This document shows, in pieces, positions 38,163 through 50,551 of a stretch of 64,000 nucleotides of DNA. A program made the translations under genes and the position numbers. Location: NCBI RefSeq assembly GCF_041956535.1, contig NW_027192204.1, forward strand, positions 272,523 to 336,522. Direction: 5' to 3'. Below the pieces are notes generated by a model. That model worked only from the letters and a program-made list of their open reading frames with translations. It was not told where the DNA came from and searched no databases. Numbering within the stretch: position 1 is the first letter of the stretch; each line of letters opens with the position of its first letter. The stretch is from Calcarisporiella thermophila CBS 279.70. Lineage: Eukaryota > Fungi > Calcarisporiellomycota.

Positions 38163-41100
38163 ATGGCACCTGCGGCCCAAGATCTACAGACAACCATTCC
38201 GCGGTACGCACCAGCCGAGGAGGCCTCGCTGTCACGCGGCGTGCACCACCCGACGTTGGCTGAGATCCAATCCGATCCGATTTCACTTCTTGCCCAGAAG
38301 AAATGGCTCAAGAAGATGGATTGGAATCCAGCGGTGGTTGAACAGATCTACAAAGAACAGCTCGAGGCCACTAAATTTAATACTCGCAAAGTGATGCTTC
38401 TAGAGTTTAATCAGTATCTAGAAAAGGTTAGTTGAGATCGCTTTAGGGTGCTCTCTAAATTGGTTATCATTTCTAGTCCTTGAAATATTTAATGATATTG
38501 ACATTGTTATGCTATTTTAGTTCTTATGGCCAAACTATGACCCCGAGACATCATCTCTTCCCCATATTCTATCGATTGTATTGATGATAAACGAGAAATT
38601 CAGGCAGCGCGTGCCTGCATGGGGTAATAGAATTGCTTCTTACTTGACTACGCAGTTTCCTCTAAATAACAGAAATCTTTCCTTTCCCATAGACTTTATT
38701 CAGACCGCTCCCGTTAATTTCTCTCGATTATTTTCTAATATCGTACGATTAACATTACCCTCTCATTCCCAAAATCTGACCCTTCAAACTCGCAAATTCC
38801 TCATTCTCTTCCTCGTCAATGCCTTTCAAAGTCTGGAGAATGTCGCAATCAGATCAGAATGCATGCGGTGAGATTCAATGTCATCCCCACAATTGAAAGC
38901 CCTGTTTCTGAAATCTATATTCCATATTAGACTGGTTTCTATAGCAACATGGGAATGCATCGTCCCGAAACGGAGAGAGCGGCTATTTAATGAAAATCCC
39001 TCGTTACGTAAAGTTTGGAAGCATATCCAGAAAAAATATGACACTTCAGGTAGGATCCTTTATTATATATAACTGGCCAGGGGCGACTTACGAGTTTTCA
39101 TATTAGACGAAGCAACCCGGGAGAAACTTGATTTCGAACGAAAATGGCTAAGTAATTTACTGCGAGATTTTGTCCAGATCCTTTTTAGCATCGAGGATTC
39201 AAATGAGGGTAAGGGTTACTCTGATTTTTATGGATTTTTTTTTTCAAGTACATTTAATTTTTTTTTTCTCACTTCACCCACAGACACTGTGTTTTATTGC
39301 GAAAGATTTGTCGAGCTCCTAATTGACCTCGAGGCTCAGCTACCAACACGACGCTATTTCAACACTCTATTAGATGACCATCAAATCCTCATTCTTTGCG
39401 AAAATGCTCCAATTCTCAAACATATGGATAAAAGGTATAACGAATGAACCGTAGCTTTCACGTATGCCCGCATTGTACTAATTCTGCAGTTTAGTTCTCT
39501 TCTCATGCAATTACTGGATATACTTCGCTTCTATGCCAAGTTTGAGATCAATGACTATCAAGGAACTGCCCTCACGCGAAATGATATGAGAGAGATCCAC
39601 GAATCAAAATTGGTTGAACTCCAGGTACAAGTCTCTCTCTGCCCCAAGCTCAAAATGACTGGTTTTGACTGACGTTTGCCTTGGCTTAGCGCATTGCTTT
39701 CAAGCATTTCCAACCAACCTTGAAGTCATTAGCCCTCTCCAATGTCGGGTCGATAGAGCAGCGTGACGAACTTCTGAATCATTTTAAGGAGCTTGAGGAT
39801 TCTGAGCTCATGAAATTAGCCGAAATGCTTGGTGTGCGCACTGAGATAGTGCTCAATGATACCCGACTTGATGAACATCAGATCCTCTTGGACAGCTTAG
39901 TTGCACGCTTTGAAAAGCGAGTCAACCAGATTGACACAATTAACTCCATGCCGATTTATCCTGATGAGGTAGTATTTATTCCTAGAGTTTCCCGATGTGG
40001 TTCACCCCCTGACATTTTTTGATATCACATAGAATATGCTCTTCAACGATGTCCTCGTTAAGACGCAGTTCTATTCGGGCGACAGGCCTCTAGCCCTCCC
40101 AAAGCTAAACCTACAATTCCTTACCATCCATGACTATCTACTCCGCAATTTCAATCTCTTTCGCCTGGAGAGTGCTTATGAGATCCGACAAGATATTGAA
40201 GATGTTGTCAAGCGACTTGGGCCGCGTGTATCGGTCGATAACCGGACAGCATTTTCTGGTTGGGCACGGATGGCGGTGCCCATTACAGGATTTCAAGTGG
40301 TAGAGGTTGCGGGACCCAAAGTTGGAGAGAATAAGCCGGCTTATGTGAAGGCAGATATAACGCTTAATCTAGGGCGATATACGGATTCAATTCGTGCTGA
40401 ATGGGACGAGCTTCGACAGCATGACGTACTATTTTTATTAACCATTGAAGCCCATGCGGAAACGAGTGAGAAATACACCAGCGATATGGATTTCCGGTGA
40501 GTACCCCGAATCCACTGCGAGGCTGTTTCTCGGCACTTGAATTTAACCGAATTTCCTCTCTCGAATGAAGAAAACATTTCGGGATCAAGTACGTCCGCGG
40601 TTGTGAGATGCGCGCGTTTATAGGCGATGATGGTAAACCCCTTGATGAGGGCGAGCCTCGAGACGAGAATGCCCTGATTGGATCGGTGCGGACCATCCGT
40701 GTCCATTTGGATCCGAACCAGTACAAGGTAATTGAGCTTGTGCAAGAGGATTCATTCGGTAGAGGATAATGACCATGCCCAAATATAGGCTGATATGGAC
40801 CGACATCACAAGGAGAAAAAAGAGAATGTCCATGAAACATTCAACTTGCTGTTGCGACGCAAACCCAAGGAAAACAACTTCAAATCTGTGTTGGAGACCA
40901 TCCGTGATCTAATGCAAAGCGAGCTGGTCATCCCCGACTGGCTGCATAACGTGTTCCTTGGGTATGGCGACCCCGGCAGCGCCCACTATTCACGTATCTC
41001 CAACCAGCCGAAGGAGCTCAACTTTCGAGACACCTTCCTGGACTACGAGCATCTGGTGGAAAGCTTCCCGAACTCTGTAAGTTTGACCGAGCGAAAGGGT

Positions 41101-43458
41101 TGCTTCTTCCACACATCGCACTAATCCAACTTTGATAATCCCACCCTCCAGGAAATAGTCCCTTCTCCCGAGTCTACTATACCCGTCCCTCCACCCCATA
41201 TTCTTTCGTTCCCTCAGACATCTGAGGACCGCAAGACGTCCAAGAAGCGGAAAGCGAATGCTCAGCCCCCCGTGACCGATGGAGCCCACGCCAATAATAA
41301 ACAGGTAGCGGTGCGCACCTATACCATGCCAAATATGGGCCCCTATCCCTTCAACAAACCAAAACAGAACTCGATCCGCTTCACCCCCGTTCAGATAGAG
41401 GCAATTCGTGCGGGAATGAGCCCTGGCTTGACGCTAATAGTAGGGCCGCCCGGCACTGGTAAGACGGACGTGGCAGTCCAGATCATCGCCAACATTTACC
41501 ACAACAACCCGGAGCAGCACACACTACTTATCACGCACAGCAACCAAGCCCTTAACCAACTTTTCGAGAAGATCATGGCGCTGGATATCGACGAGCGTCA
41601 CCTCCTGCGACTTGGGCACGGAGAGGAGGAACTCAACACCGAGTTGAGCTTCAGCAAGTACGGAAGAGTTAATTCCTTCCTCGAGAAGCGGCTTGAACTT
41701 TTGGCAGAGGTGGATCGCCTCGCAAAATCACTGGACATCGGCGGAGCACATGGTTATACTTGCGAAACGGCAGGCTACTTTTTCCTGTACCACGTGCTTG
41801 CCCGATGGGAAAAGTACACGGAAAAGGTCAAGAACGGCCCAGAAGAGAGCTTGACGGCTGAGCTGGTACGAGACGAGTTCCCCTTTGGTAAGTGGTGTGG
41901 AATTGGTGATTGGTCATTTTTCACAACCAACTGATCCTGTCTTGTCCCCTTCTTTTTATAAAGCCGAGTATTTTGCCAACGCACCCCAGCCGCTTTTCCC
42001 GGCTGAGGCCTCTTATTTGGAGGCTCTCGAGATTGCAGAGGGCTGTTTCCGTCACATTAACCACATTTTCACGCAGTTGAATGAGATACGCGCATTTGAG
42101 CTGCTTCGAACTGGCCACGACCGCTCCAATTATCTCCTGACAAAAGAAGCGAAGATTATCGCCATGACATGCACCCATGCCGCCCTCAAACGGCGGGAGC
42201 TGACCGCACTTGGATTCAAGTATGACAACGTCATTATGGAGGAGGCGGCCCAGATCCTTGAGGTGGAGACATTTGTCCCCCTGCTGCTGCAGGAACCGGA
42301 CGGCGACCACGAGGGGCGCAACCGCCTTAAGCGTGTGGTTCTCATCGGAGACCATAATCAGCTTCCCCCTGTGGTGAAGAACCTCGCGTTCCAGCAGTAT
42401 GGCAACATGGAACAGAGCATGTTTACGCGGTTTGTACGCCTTGGTGTGCCGCATATCCAGCTGGACAGACAGGGACGCGCACGATCGTCTATTGCGGGGC
42501 TCTACCGATGGCGGTACAATGGGCTGGGCGATCTGCCGATCATCAAGGAGGCACCCGAGTATCAAAAGGCGAATGCTGGGTAATTTGATTGACACATTTG
42601 GCCCCGATCTCCAAGAAGTACCTGACGGACTTTTACTGACTATTATAATCACAAAATAGATTTTCATTTGAATATCAGCTCATTAACGTCGAAGACTACA
42701 ACGGTGCGGGGGAGAGCGAGCCCTCGCCCTATTTCTACCAGAATCTTGGCGAGGCGGAGTATGTGGTCGCACTCTACCAGTACATGCGGTTGTTGGGCTA
42801 CCCGTCGGAAAAGATATCGATTTTGACGACCTACAATGGGCAGAAGGCTCTGATCCGCGACGTTCTTCAGCGGCGCTGCTCGTGGCATCCCCTCTTTGGA
42901 TGGCCGGCCTGTGTGTCCACCGTGGACAAGTACCAGGGCCAGCAAAATGACTATGTGCTTCTGTCGCTAGTACGCACTAAAACCGTAGGGTATTTGCGCG
43001 ATGTGAGACGCTTGGTGGTCGCGCTATCGAGAGCAAGGCTGGGCCTGTATGTGTTTTGCCGGCGGGCGCTGTTTGAAAACTGCGTGGAGATGCGCGAGGC
43101 CTTTTCGCTGCTGGTGCAGCGCGGGGACAAGCTTTCCCTAAGGTTGGGCGAGATGTGGCCGACCGATCGCGCGGCCACCCCGGCTGACGCCGAAGAATTG
43201 CAGAAGGATGAGCAGGGGGTGATCATGGAGGATGTCAAGCACATGGGAAGCTATATTCACCAGATGATTCAGGAGCAGCTGGAGCACGCCCGGCAGCTCC
43301 AGGAGGAGCGAGAGAGAGAGGAGCAACAGCGGGAATTGGACGCCATGGAGGAGCAGTCTGTCGAGCCGCAGACAGAGCAGGCCCTGGAGGGGACAGAGGA
43401 GCATAACGAAGATGGGATGGATGAAGATAGAGCGAACGAGGACGAGGATATGGAGTAG
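38163..43458 (+). CDS. AQR: Intron-binding spliceosomal RNA helicase Aquarius (Cwf11/IBP160), multi-exon
   Basis: [109 protein letters not shown]. Confidence 0.97.
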
Positions 43459-43710
43459 GCTCCCGTCGCCACACGATTTCTAGGTCTTTATGTTTCATTT
43501 TCCTTGAACAAAACCCAGTTTGTTTGTTTTTATTTGCTGATTAATAAAATTAGGCATTGTTCAATCTTGATGAAATTAAGCAAAAGCAAAAGGGGGAGGG
43601 GAGCAGGGAGTAGAGAAAGCACATTTGTCTATATTACAGCTAAGAGTATATTGAACACCATCGTACAAGGAATAAGCGGCAGGGGGGGAGGGGGTGGGAG
43701 TCTCCAATCA

Positions 43711-45072
43711 TTATAACTCCTCCGCCGAGATTTCGGTCTTGGTCGGGCTAAGACGGTCCAGGTAGGTCTTTCCCCGCATATATGGAATCAGGTCGCAGTA
43801 GGCCTGTCGTATTCTAGAGCCTAGCTCCGCCCGTGCTTTCCACAGTTCGTCTGCCTTTTGCCGGTCGCCGGACTTCATGGCTGCGCACCACTTGCCCGTT
43901 AGGTCCTCGAAGTCTTCGATGATGGCATGGCGCTCTTTGAGTAAGGTGTTACGGGTTTCGGTGTCCTGCAGCAAATCGTTCTCACCTTCCACAGGGGGCG
44001 GATACACCCACCGATATCCCTCATCATCGCCACCCACTAGGTTGGCGGGCAGGTATTCCTGATCAACGAACTGGAGCAACTCGCCCACGTTGCTCGTGAA
44101 CCGAATCTTGCTCGCCACTACGGGATCAAACCAGAGCTTGATAATCCGCCACACGGCTCCGAAAAACCAGGGGGCGTTGTGGATAATCAAGAGACCCAAT
44201 GACTCCGGGTAGTAGGCCTCGCAGCAGGTGACGATGAATCTGGCCAAGTCTAGGTCGAGATTCACCATGGCAACATTGGAGAGGTTGAAGACGATGCAAA
44301 AGGTTTCTACGGGCGGCTCCAGTAGGCTACGCTGCATCTCGAACTTGAGTAGAGTGGATTTCTTGAGAGGCTCTTCATCCGTGTGGCTCCTGAAATGGTT
44401 TTTGACGTCGACAAAGCTGGGGAAGTGGGGGCAAAGAGGATGATTCAAGTGAGCGGTGAGTTTCAAACAAATAATACATCGAGTTCATCCTTACCAGATA
44501 GGGCGATTCCACTTGTCCACGCCGTGTAAATACCCCTTCGACACCTCAAACGACTCTCTCCAACCTTTCTCTCCGGTAGCCTTGAAATGCTTCTCCATCC
44601 CTAGTTCACCTTGCGCAATCAGCTCGGGGATGTTTTCCTCGATATGGAATTTCTCAATGCTAATGAGTAACTGGAGGGCGGCCTCCACATTCCACTTTCT
44701 AGCGCGGAGATATCGTAGAAGAATCTGATCCGGCAATTCTTTGAAAGTGCATTCCCAGAAGGAGCGTTGGATATCGAACGGAGTGATCTCTAGGAGATGG
44801 TGGGGATCCAGTTTCTCAGGAGACTGTTTTTCATCGGTCTCAGGAGCTTTTTCTCTCCTTGCGCCGCCGCTCAGCCAGCCGCCGAACGATGCTTTCTTAG
44901 CCGCGGGGGCTTCTTTGCTGTCCTCTTTGCCCGGGAACTGATCCCGACGAAAGACGTCTAAGACAGCCGTCCATAATTCGGAAAGCTTAATCATTTGCTC
45001 GGGGCTCAGGCGGCCGAGATGCCCCTCTGCGGTTCTCTGGTCTGCTGGGAGTGGTAACAGATGAGTAACCAT
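43711..45072 (-). CDS. CRAL-TRIO/Sec14-family lipid transfer protein (Csr1/Sfh2-like), 2 exons
   Basis: GHLGRLSPEQ, PDQILLRYLRARKWNVEAAL, GVDKWNRP, CCEAYYPESLG..IIHNAPWFFGAVWRIIKLWFDPVVASKIRF. Confidence 0.9.
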
Positions 45073-45674
45073 GGAAGGATGGTAGTGGAGCTAATGACAG
45101 GGGCGAGAAAGAGAGGCGTGGTAGAGGGGAAAAAGGAAATAGCCAAGAACAGAATAATAGAAGAGACAATAAAAATAGGGAGCAGGGACAAGGAACCGTT
45201 TCTGTTTCTTCCTTGACTTTGCCTCTAAACGTTCCAATTAGAAGGGCCTTGGGCACAAGAAACCGAGAGGCCACGTGAAATTTCCATGTGCACTCTGAAA
45301 CCGCCCTTTCCATCAGGCACGACGGGTCCAATTCCTGCGGGCCTACGCACCATTATGGAATTCTGCATTCTAAAGGGAGGGAAAAACGAAATAAACAGCT
45401 TGCAATCGGGAAACACGCTTTAAAGAGGATGCAATGAAGCGAAAGGAAAGAGACGAAAGTCTGACATGAAAATAGGAAAAGGCTGGAGGGGTCGTTCTCA
45501 GAGCAACGGGGGAGATAAAACTAAGTATACGAATGGTGGGAGACTATACAAAGACAGAGTAGGCGGATAAATAATATAGATAATCGTGATATCGATATGT
45601 ATATAAACAGGTTTTCAATAATAAAAACACAGGTATTGTGGAATCTGAACATGTTGGGAAACCTAAATGGCCGC

Positions 45675-47325
45675 TTATCTAAGCATCTGGGTAGGAATCC
45701 GAGCAGGCCTATCTGATGCGACTGAGGTTGAAATGGCGGGGGGGAAGTGTGGATGGGATGCAGAGAGAGGGGGTGGGGAGAGGGGAGGTTGCAGGCATGA
45801 GAACTGGCTTGCATAGTTGCTGAAGAGCCTTGTGAATTCATGGTTACTGCTGTCTTTTCTGGCGTCGTGCGAGAATCGGGTCGCTGAAGAGGGCGGGGGC
45901 GGCAGCGGGGGCAGTGCAGCGCGCTGGGATGCAACTCGAGGTGAGCTGGGGGTGTAGGCCATGGAGACGGAGAAGCTGGTGGTGAGAGGCGAGGGGGTGT
46001 GCGGGGGGGTAGGATCCAGCATCAGTTTCGGCGGCTCACCAAGCCCGTGCCTCTTTTGGAGCAGCTGGGTTACCAACGGTGCGGCCGGAAAGTGAGTTTT
46101 CGGCTCTGGATATTCAGGATTGCTTGGGGCCATTATGTCATCCTCCATCTCCTTTGCGGCCGCTTCCTCGCTTCTTCTTCTCCTGAAAAGACATGAAGAT
46201 CAGAATCCAAGTTATACTAAGCCCTGATTTTTTTTTCTTTTTGGTGCTGAAGCCGTGGAATCGGCCTTCAAAACAAGGGACGCTTACATTGCCTGGGCGC
46301 GATTTTCCTTGCGGATTCGCATGCGCACCCCTTGATCCGAGAACATTCTTGTAAGAAAGGTAGATTCTACAAAAAGCTCACAGCTGCTTAGTTGTCATAC
46401 TCTGGCACGTTTTCACCGTCTTCTCCTCCCTCCTTTTTTTGTTCATCGGCTCACCTTGCATTCCCGGGAACAGCTTTGGGGCGTACACAACGAACACGTC
46501 GGAATACACACTAGTTCTATAAATGGCGGCTTGTCTGAAGAGTAGCACAGATTAGTGACGAAAGGGGGAGAAGGGGGGGGGGAGGTGCTTTTTCAGCGTC
46601 GACGCGTACCTCTTGATCTCATAGAGCGTGAACTTGAGCCTAAACGTCCCCTCCAGCCTCACCGAGATGTCGGGGTAGACGAAGAAGCCGCCATCTATGC
46701 GAGGGGGAGGGGTGTTAAAGCTGAGGATGCAATCCTCCGGGAGGGCTGGCTGGGGCACTTACCGGAATTGTCCAGGTCCTTCAATTTATACAGCGATTGT
46801 ACCACCGTCCCGACACATACTCTATTTCCCCCAAAATAATTGATCTCCCGAAAGGAATCGGGCTGGACCACATTGACATACAGGAAAAAATAAGGGTTCT
46901 GCAGATAGTTTCTGTTATAGTGAAGCGGATGGAGGCATCAGCGTAATCTTATTCTTCTTCAGAAGGGGCTTCTATGGATATACAGACTCATTGGGGTCCC
47001 CCTCCGCCACAAGCTGAACAATGGGGGGCGGATCGATGGGCCGCCGGTCCACTGGATAGGCAAAACAGATAGGAGCGGGTGAGCTCTATGCGTCGAGAAG
47101 CCGCAGCGGCTAATTACCTTTGTCGCGGAAGCTGCACAGGCGCGCCTGCCGGGGCTGCTGCCGAACTAGCAGCGTGTATCTGGAGAGAATGAGCAGGTAG
47201 AGCGTCAGCATTAGCATCGGCGCATACAGGGACAGAGATGCCTAGATTGATGTCACCTTAGTTGCTGGCCGGAGCTGATTTGCTCGAAGCTGGATTCCTC
47301 GAAGGTCCGTTTCTTCATTTTGCAT
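45675..47325 (-). CDS. Velvet-domain transcription factor (VosA/VelC-like), multi-exon
   Basis: YTLLVRQQPRQARLC...DRRPIDPPPIVQL...NYLQNPYFF...GTVVQSLYKLKD..DGGFFVYPDISVRLEGTFRLKFTLYEI...[36 protein letters not shown]. Start uncertain. Confidence 0.92.
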
Positions 47326-48340
47326 TAATGATGAGGGGCCAATGGGGGGCGGGATTGAGATGGGGGAGAGCACGAGCTTAAAATAGAGGCCAAGGGCGGG
47401 AGAGGGGAAGAAAGAGGGCACAAGGGGAACCAGGAAGCCAGAATGGCCAGAAATTGGTTTTTGACACGGGAAACCCGAGCGCGAGCGCAAGGCCTACGTC
47501 GCTCAACTCTAAACCGGCAAGCGCGCACAATGATGCCAAATCTACCAGAATAGTAAGATTCGGTATTTCGTCTTGCTCAGCAGCACTGTGCATGGTGACT
47601 GGCTCGGAGAATATAACCAGAACTCTGCCGACCACGCGAAAAGTCTACCCCTCGAGTGGACTGGCGGCGTTCCCGCGGAGCTCTGGAAAAAGGCAAAGGG
47701 CCGGCTTTAGGTTAGGTTTTGTGGTTTCTTCTCGCGACGGTTGTTCACGCTTGCATAAACCGGTGCAACCCGGCTTGTGAATCCTGATTTTTCTCTCCCT
47801 TCTCGCTCCATGCGACTGAAGATCGTTCCTCCAGCAGAGTTCCCGGGGGAGCCGACCCCTGCTGCCCCTCTCGCCGCGCAGCCTCGTGCACAAGCTTCCT
47901 CAAAGCATGGATATTGTTCAACCAAGTGATCCAGCCCAAGCGCCCTCCGGCACCCGCTGCTTCCTCCCTCCCCAGCTAACTCAACTTTAAGGAGTGCTTT
48001 CTTTTTTCCAGTCAAGTCACGGCCTGGTCGCATTTCCCGAAGCGGCTCAAGCCTGTTCCATCTAAGCTTTCATCCCTGATGGGCCTTGCAAGCCGAAATC
48101 ACGTTTCTGCGCAAGAGCGAGGATGCGTTTGGCTCTAGCGCAATATAAGCACGTTTAGTACTTCTTTCCACCCCATCTAACGGGCTTTTTCCAAGCTGTT
48201 TGGAGGGAGATGGGGGGAGCATGGTCGTTTTTTTTCTTTCTCTTTGGCCACAAAAAAGCACGCCAAGGCTTTCATTACAGGACAATGCCATTCAATATAA
48301 TTATCCGCTTTAATGGTGGTAATGAACAAGTAACAATAGC

Positions 48341-50055
48341 TTAAACCGAAATTGTTTTGAAGATGTTGAAACCAGTGTATGCTGTTGAGATGACACAGCC
48401 TGGAATCTGGCGATGCCAGTGAATCTCTTTGATGTGTTGTTGGCCCTGGGATGCGGGGAGAGGTTAGGTTGAGCCAATCTTAAAGGAAAATGTTAAATAA
48501 AAAAAGCAGGCGTCCTCACCTGATGCACGAATAAGAGCTGCGGAGGAACATCCTTTAACTCGGGAGCGCGGCTCTTCTCCTCCTCCGGATCCTGTTCCAC
48601 CGAGAGATCCCAGAGGGTGACTTGGTCGTCGGCGCCAGACACACAGAGCACCGACTCTTCACTAGGGTGCCATTCGATAGAGGTGATGGGCGCCTGATGC
48701 CATTTGAAGGTGGCCACCGGCGTGGGCGTTTGCTGCGAGCTATGCTCGGGGAAAATTAGAAAGGTGAAATTAGACATGCCCCCAAGCAAGTAGGAAAGAA
48801 AGCAATATACTTTGAGAACGTGCGCAAGTCCCAGATGTTGAACACGCCGTCGTCTGCACCCGATGCCAGCAGATACCCGACCTGTTTATTCCAGCTCATT
48901 ACGTTCACATCCGTGTCACTGGCACGTATGCAGATGGCCTCCTTCTTTTTGTTCCGCAGGTCCCATATCCGAACCGTACCGTCCGCGGAGCAGGAGGCAA
49001 ACACATTCTTCTCCGATGGTGACCACTGTATATCCTCTACGGACGAGGTGTGTCCTTTGAACGGAGTGCGGTCTATCGTGTAGGAGGAGGAGGTGCCGGT
49101 GGTGAGGTAAATGTTGCTGTCGCAATCGCCGGTAAGTAGGCGGCCGGGGGTGGTGGGCGACCAGTCGAGGGCAAAGCCTTCAGTTCGGTGGGCATCGATG
49201 GTGAAAATGGGAGATTGGGCAGCCGGAGGGATGGGCGTGCCTGGAGAGTCAAGCGAGGCAATCACCGGGGCAATATCCCAGAGGTGAACTTTGCCAGTGT
49301 CGGCCCACGTGGCCGTGACATGCGCATCACGCTGCGGCATTGTCCGTACACGGTTCACACCGCCCTTGTGCCGGATGCTTCGATGCTCAAGGATGGGGTC
49401 TTCGTCCAGGTTTTCGTCCTCTTCGTCATCCGATAAATCTAAGAAAGAGGGGCATCAGTCGGAATACGGCTTCCCTTTCAAGCTCAAGAGGTATATTCAC
49501 CATCATCATGCTGTGTCTTGTGTAAATCAGTCATCTTCATTACTATCACCTCGTTATTATCCGGCTTGTCTGCCTGTGTTCCAGTCACGACGTAAGCTGT
49601 CGCAGGATACTTGAATGCAAAAAAAAAAGAATTGCCGAAGATGACGTGAAAAGTTGGAATATATCAATGCTTACTGTTGATCGCTCATCTCCAAGCCGAT
49701 CCCACAAAACATCAAAACTAAGACATGGCCATTTCACATTCATTTTATGTAGCATCACGTATACCGACTGATCCACCTCGAGAACCTCGTCTTTTTCCAG
49801 CTTTTGTCCCGGCAAATAGACTCGTACATCCTCTGGCTTTTCTTCCTCTTCTTCCTCCTCCATCGCTTGCTGGTCGGTGTCCATGCCATTCATATCTTCG
49901 TCTCCTCCATCGACAACCTGTTCCTCCTCCTCATCCCATTCATCTTCCCACTGATCTTCAAAGTCACCCATCTCATTCTCGCCGTCCATTTTTACATCCT
50001 CCTCTCCGGGTCTGCGCCGTGCCTCCTGGATATCTTCGGCCACTCGTTTTGACAT
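48341..50055 (-). CDS. RRB1: Ribosome assembly WD40 protein Rrb1/GRWD1, multi-exon
   Basis: Acidic N-terminus, [72 protein letters not shown]...[10 protein letters not shown]. Confidence 0.95.
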
Positions 50056-50551
50056 TGTTTGCGGCTATTATTATGATCGATTCAAGAGACTATTAACCTC
50101 GAACCTCTTCACTATTTCAAGTCGGAGGTTGAATTCGAAGAGTAAACAACCTCTGACGTCACGCATATGAAGGCTCTTTTCAAAGTCACGTTTTACAGCG
50201 TTCGGTTTTCTGGAAATCTTCATCTGTAAGCCGCGAAATCAACCCACTTCTAACTCCGTTTCACGTAATAGAAATTCTTTAGCGTCTTGTTCTGTGCGTA
50301 GACACGCCCATGTGGGAAAAGAGGGGATCGCCATTTTGACTTTTGAATTTTTACTCTGTTTAATATTCCCTTAATTCTCCGTATACCCCTCATCACGGTT
50401 ATTTAACCGCCGTCTTATATCCTCGTAAGACACCCTCAATTCTGCACGCGTATGCTTTTGTGGGAACAAAAAAAAACAAATAACGTCATATACGCTCCAT
50501 TCGTGAGATTCAGTATTGGTAGCATTACCTTAACGGCCAGCTCCTTCTCCC

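Noticed and set aside
47330-48291. Several ORFs upstream of the velvet gene
   Set aside because: They could be 5' exons or uORFs, but no consistent spliced frame or motif could be established.
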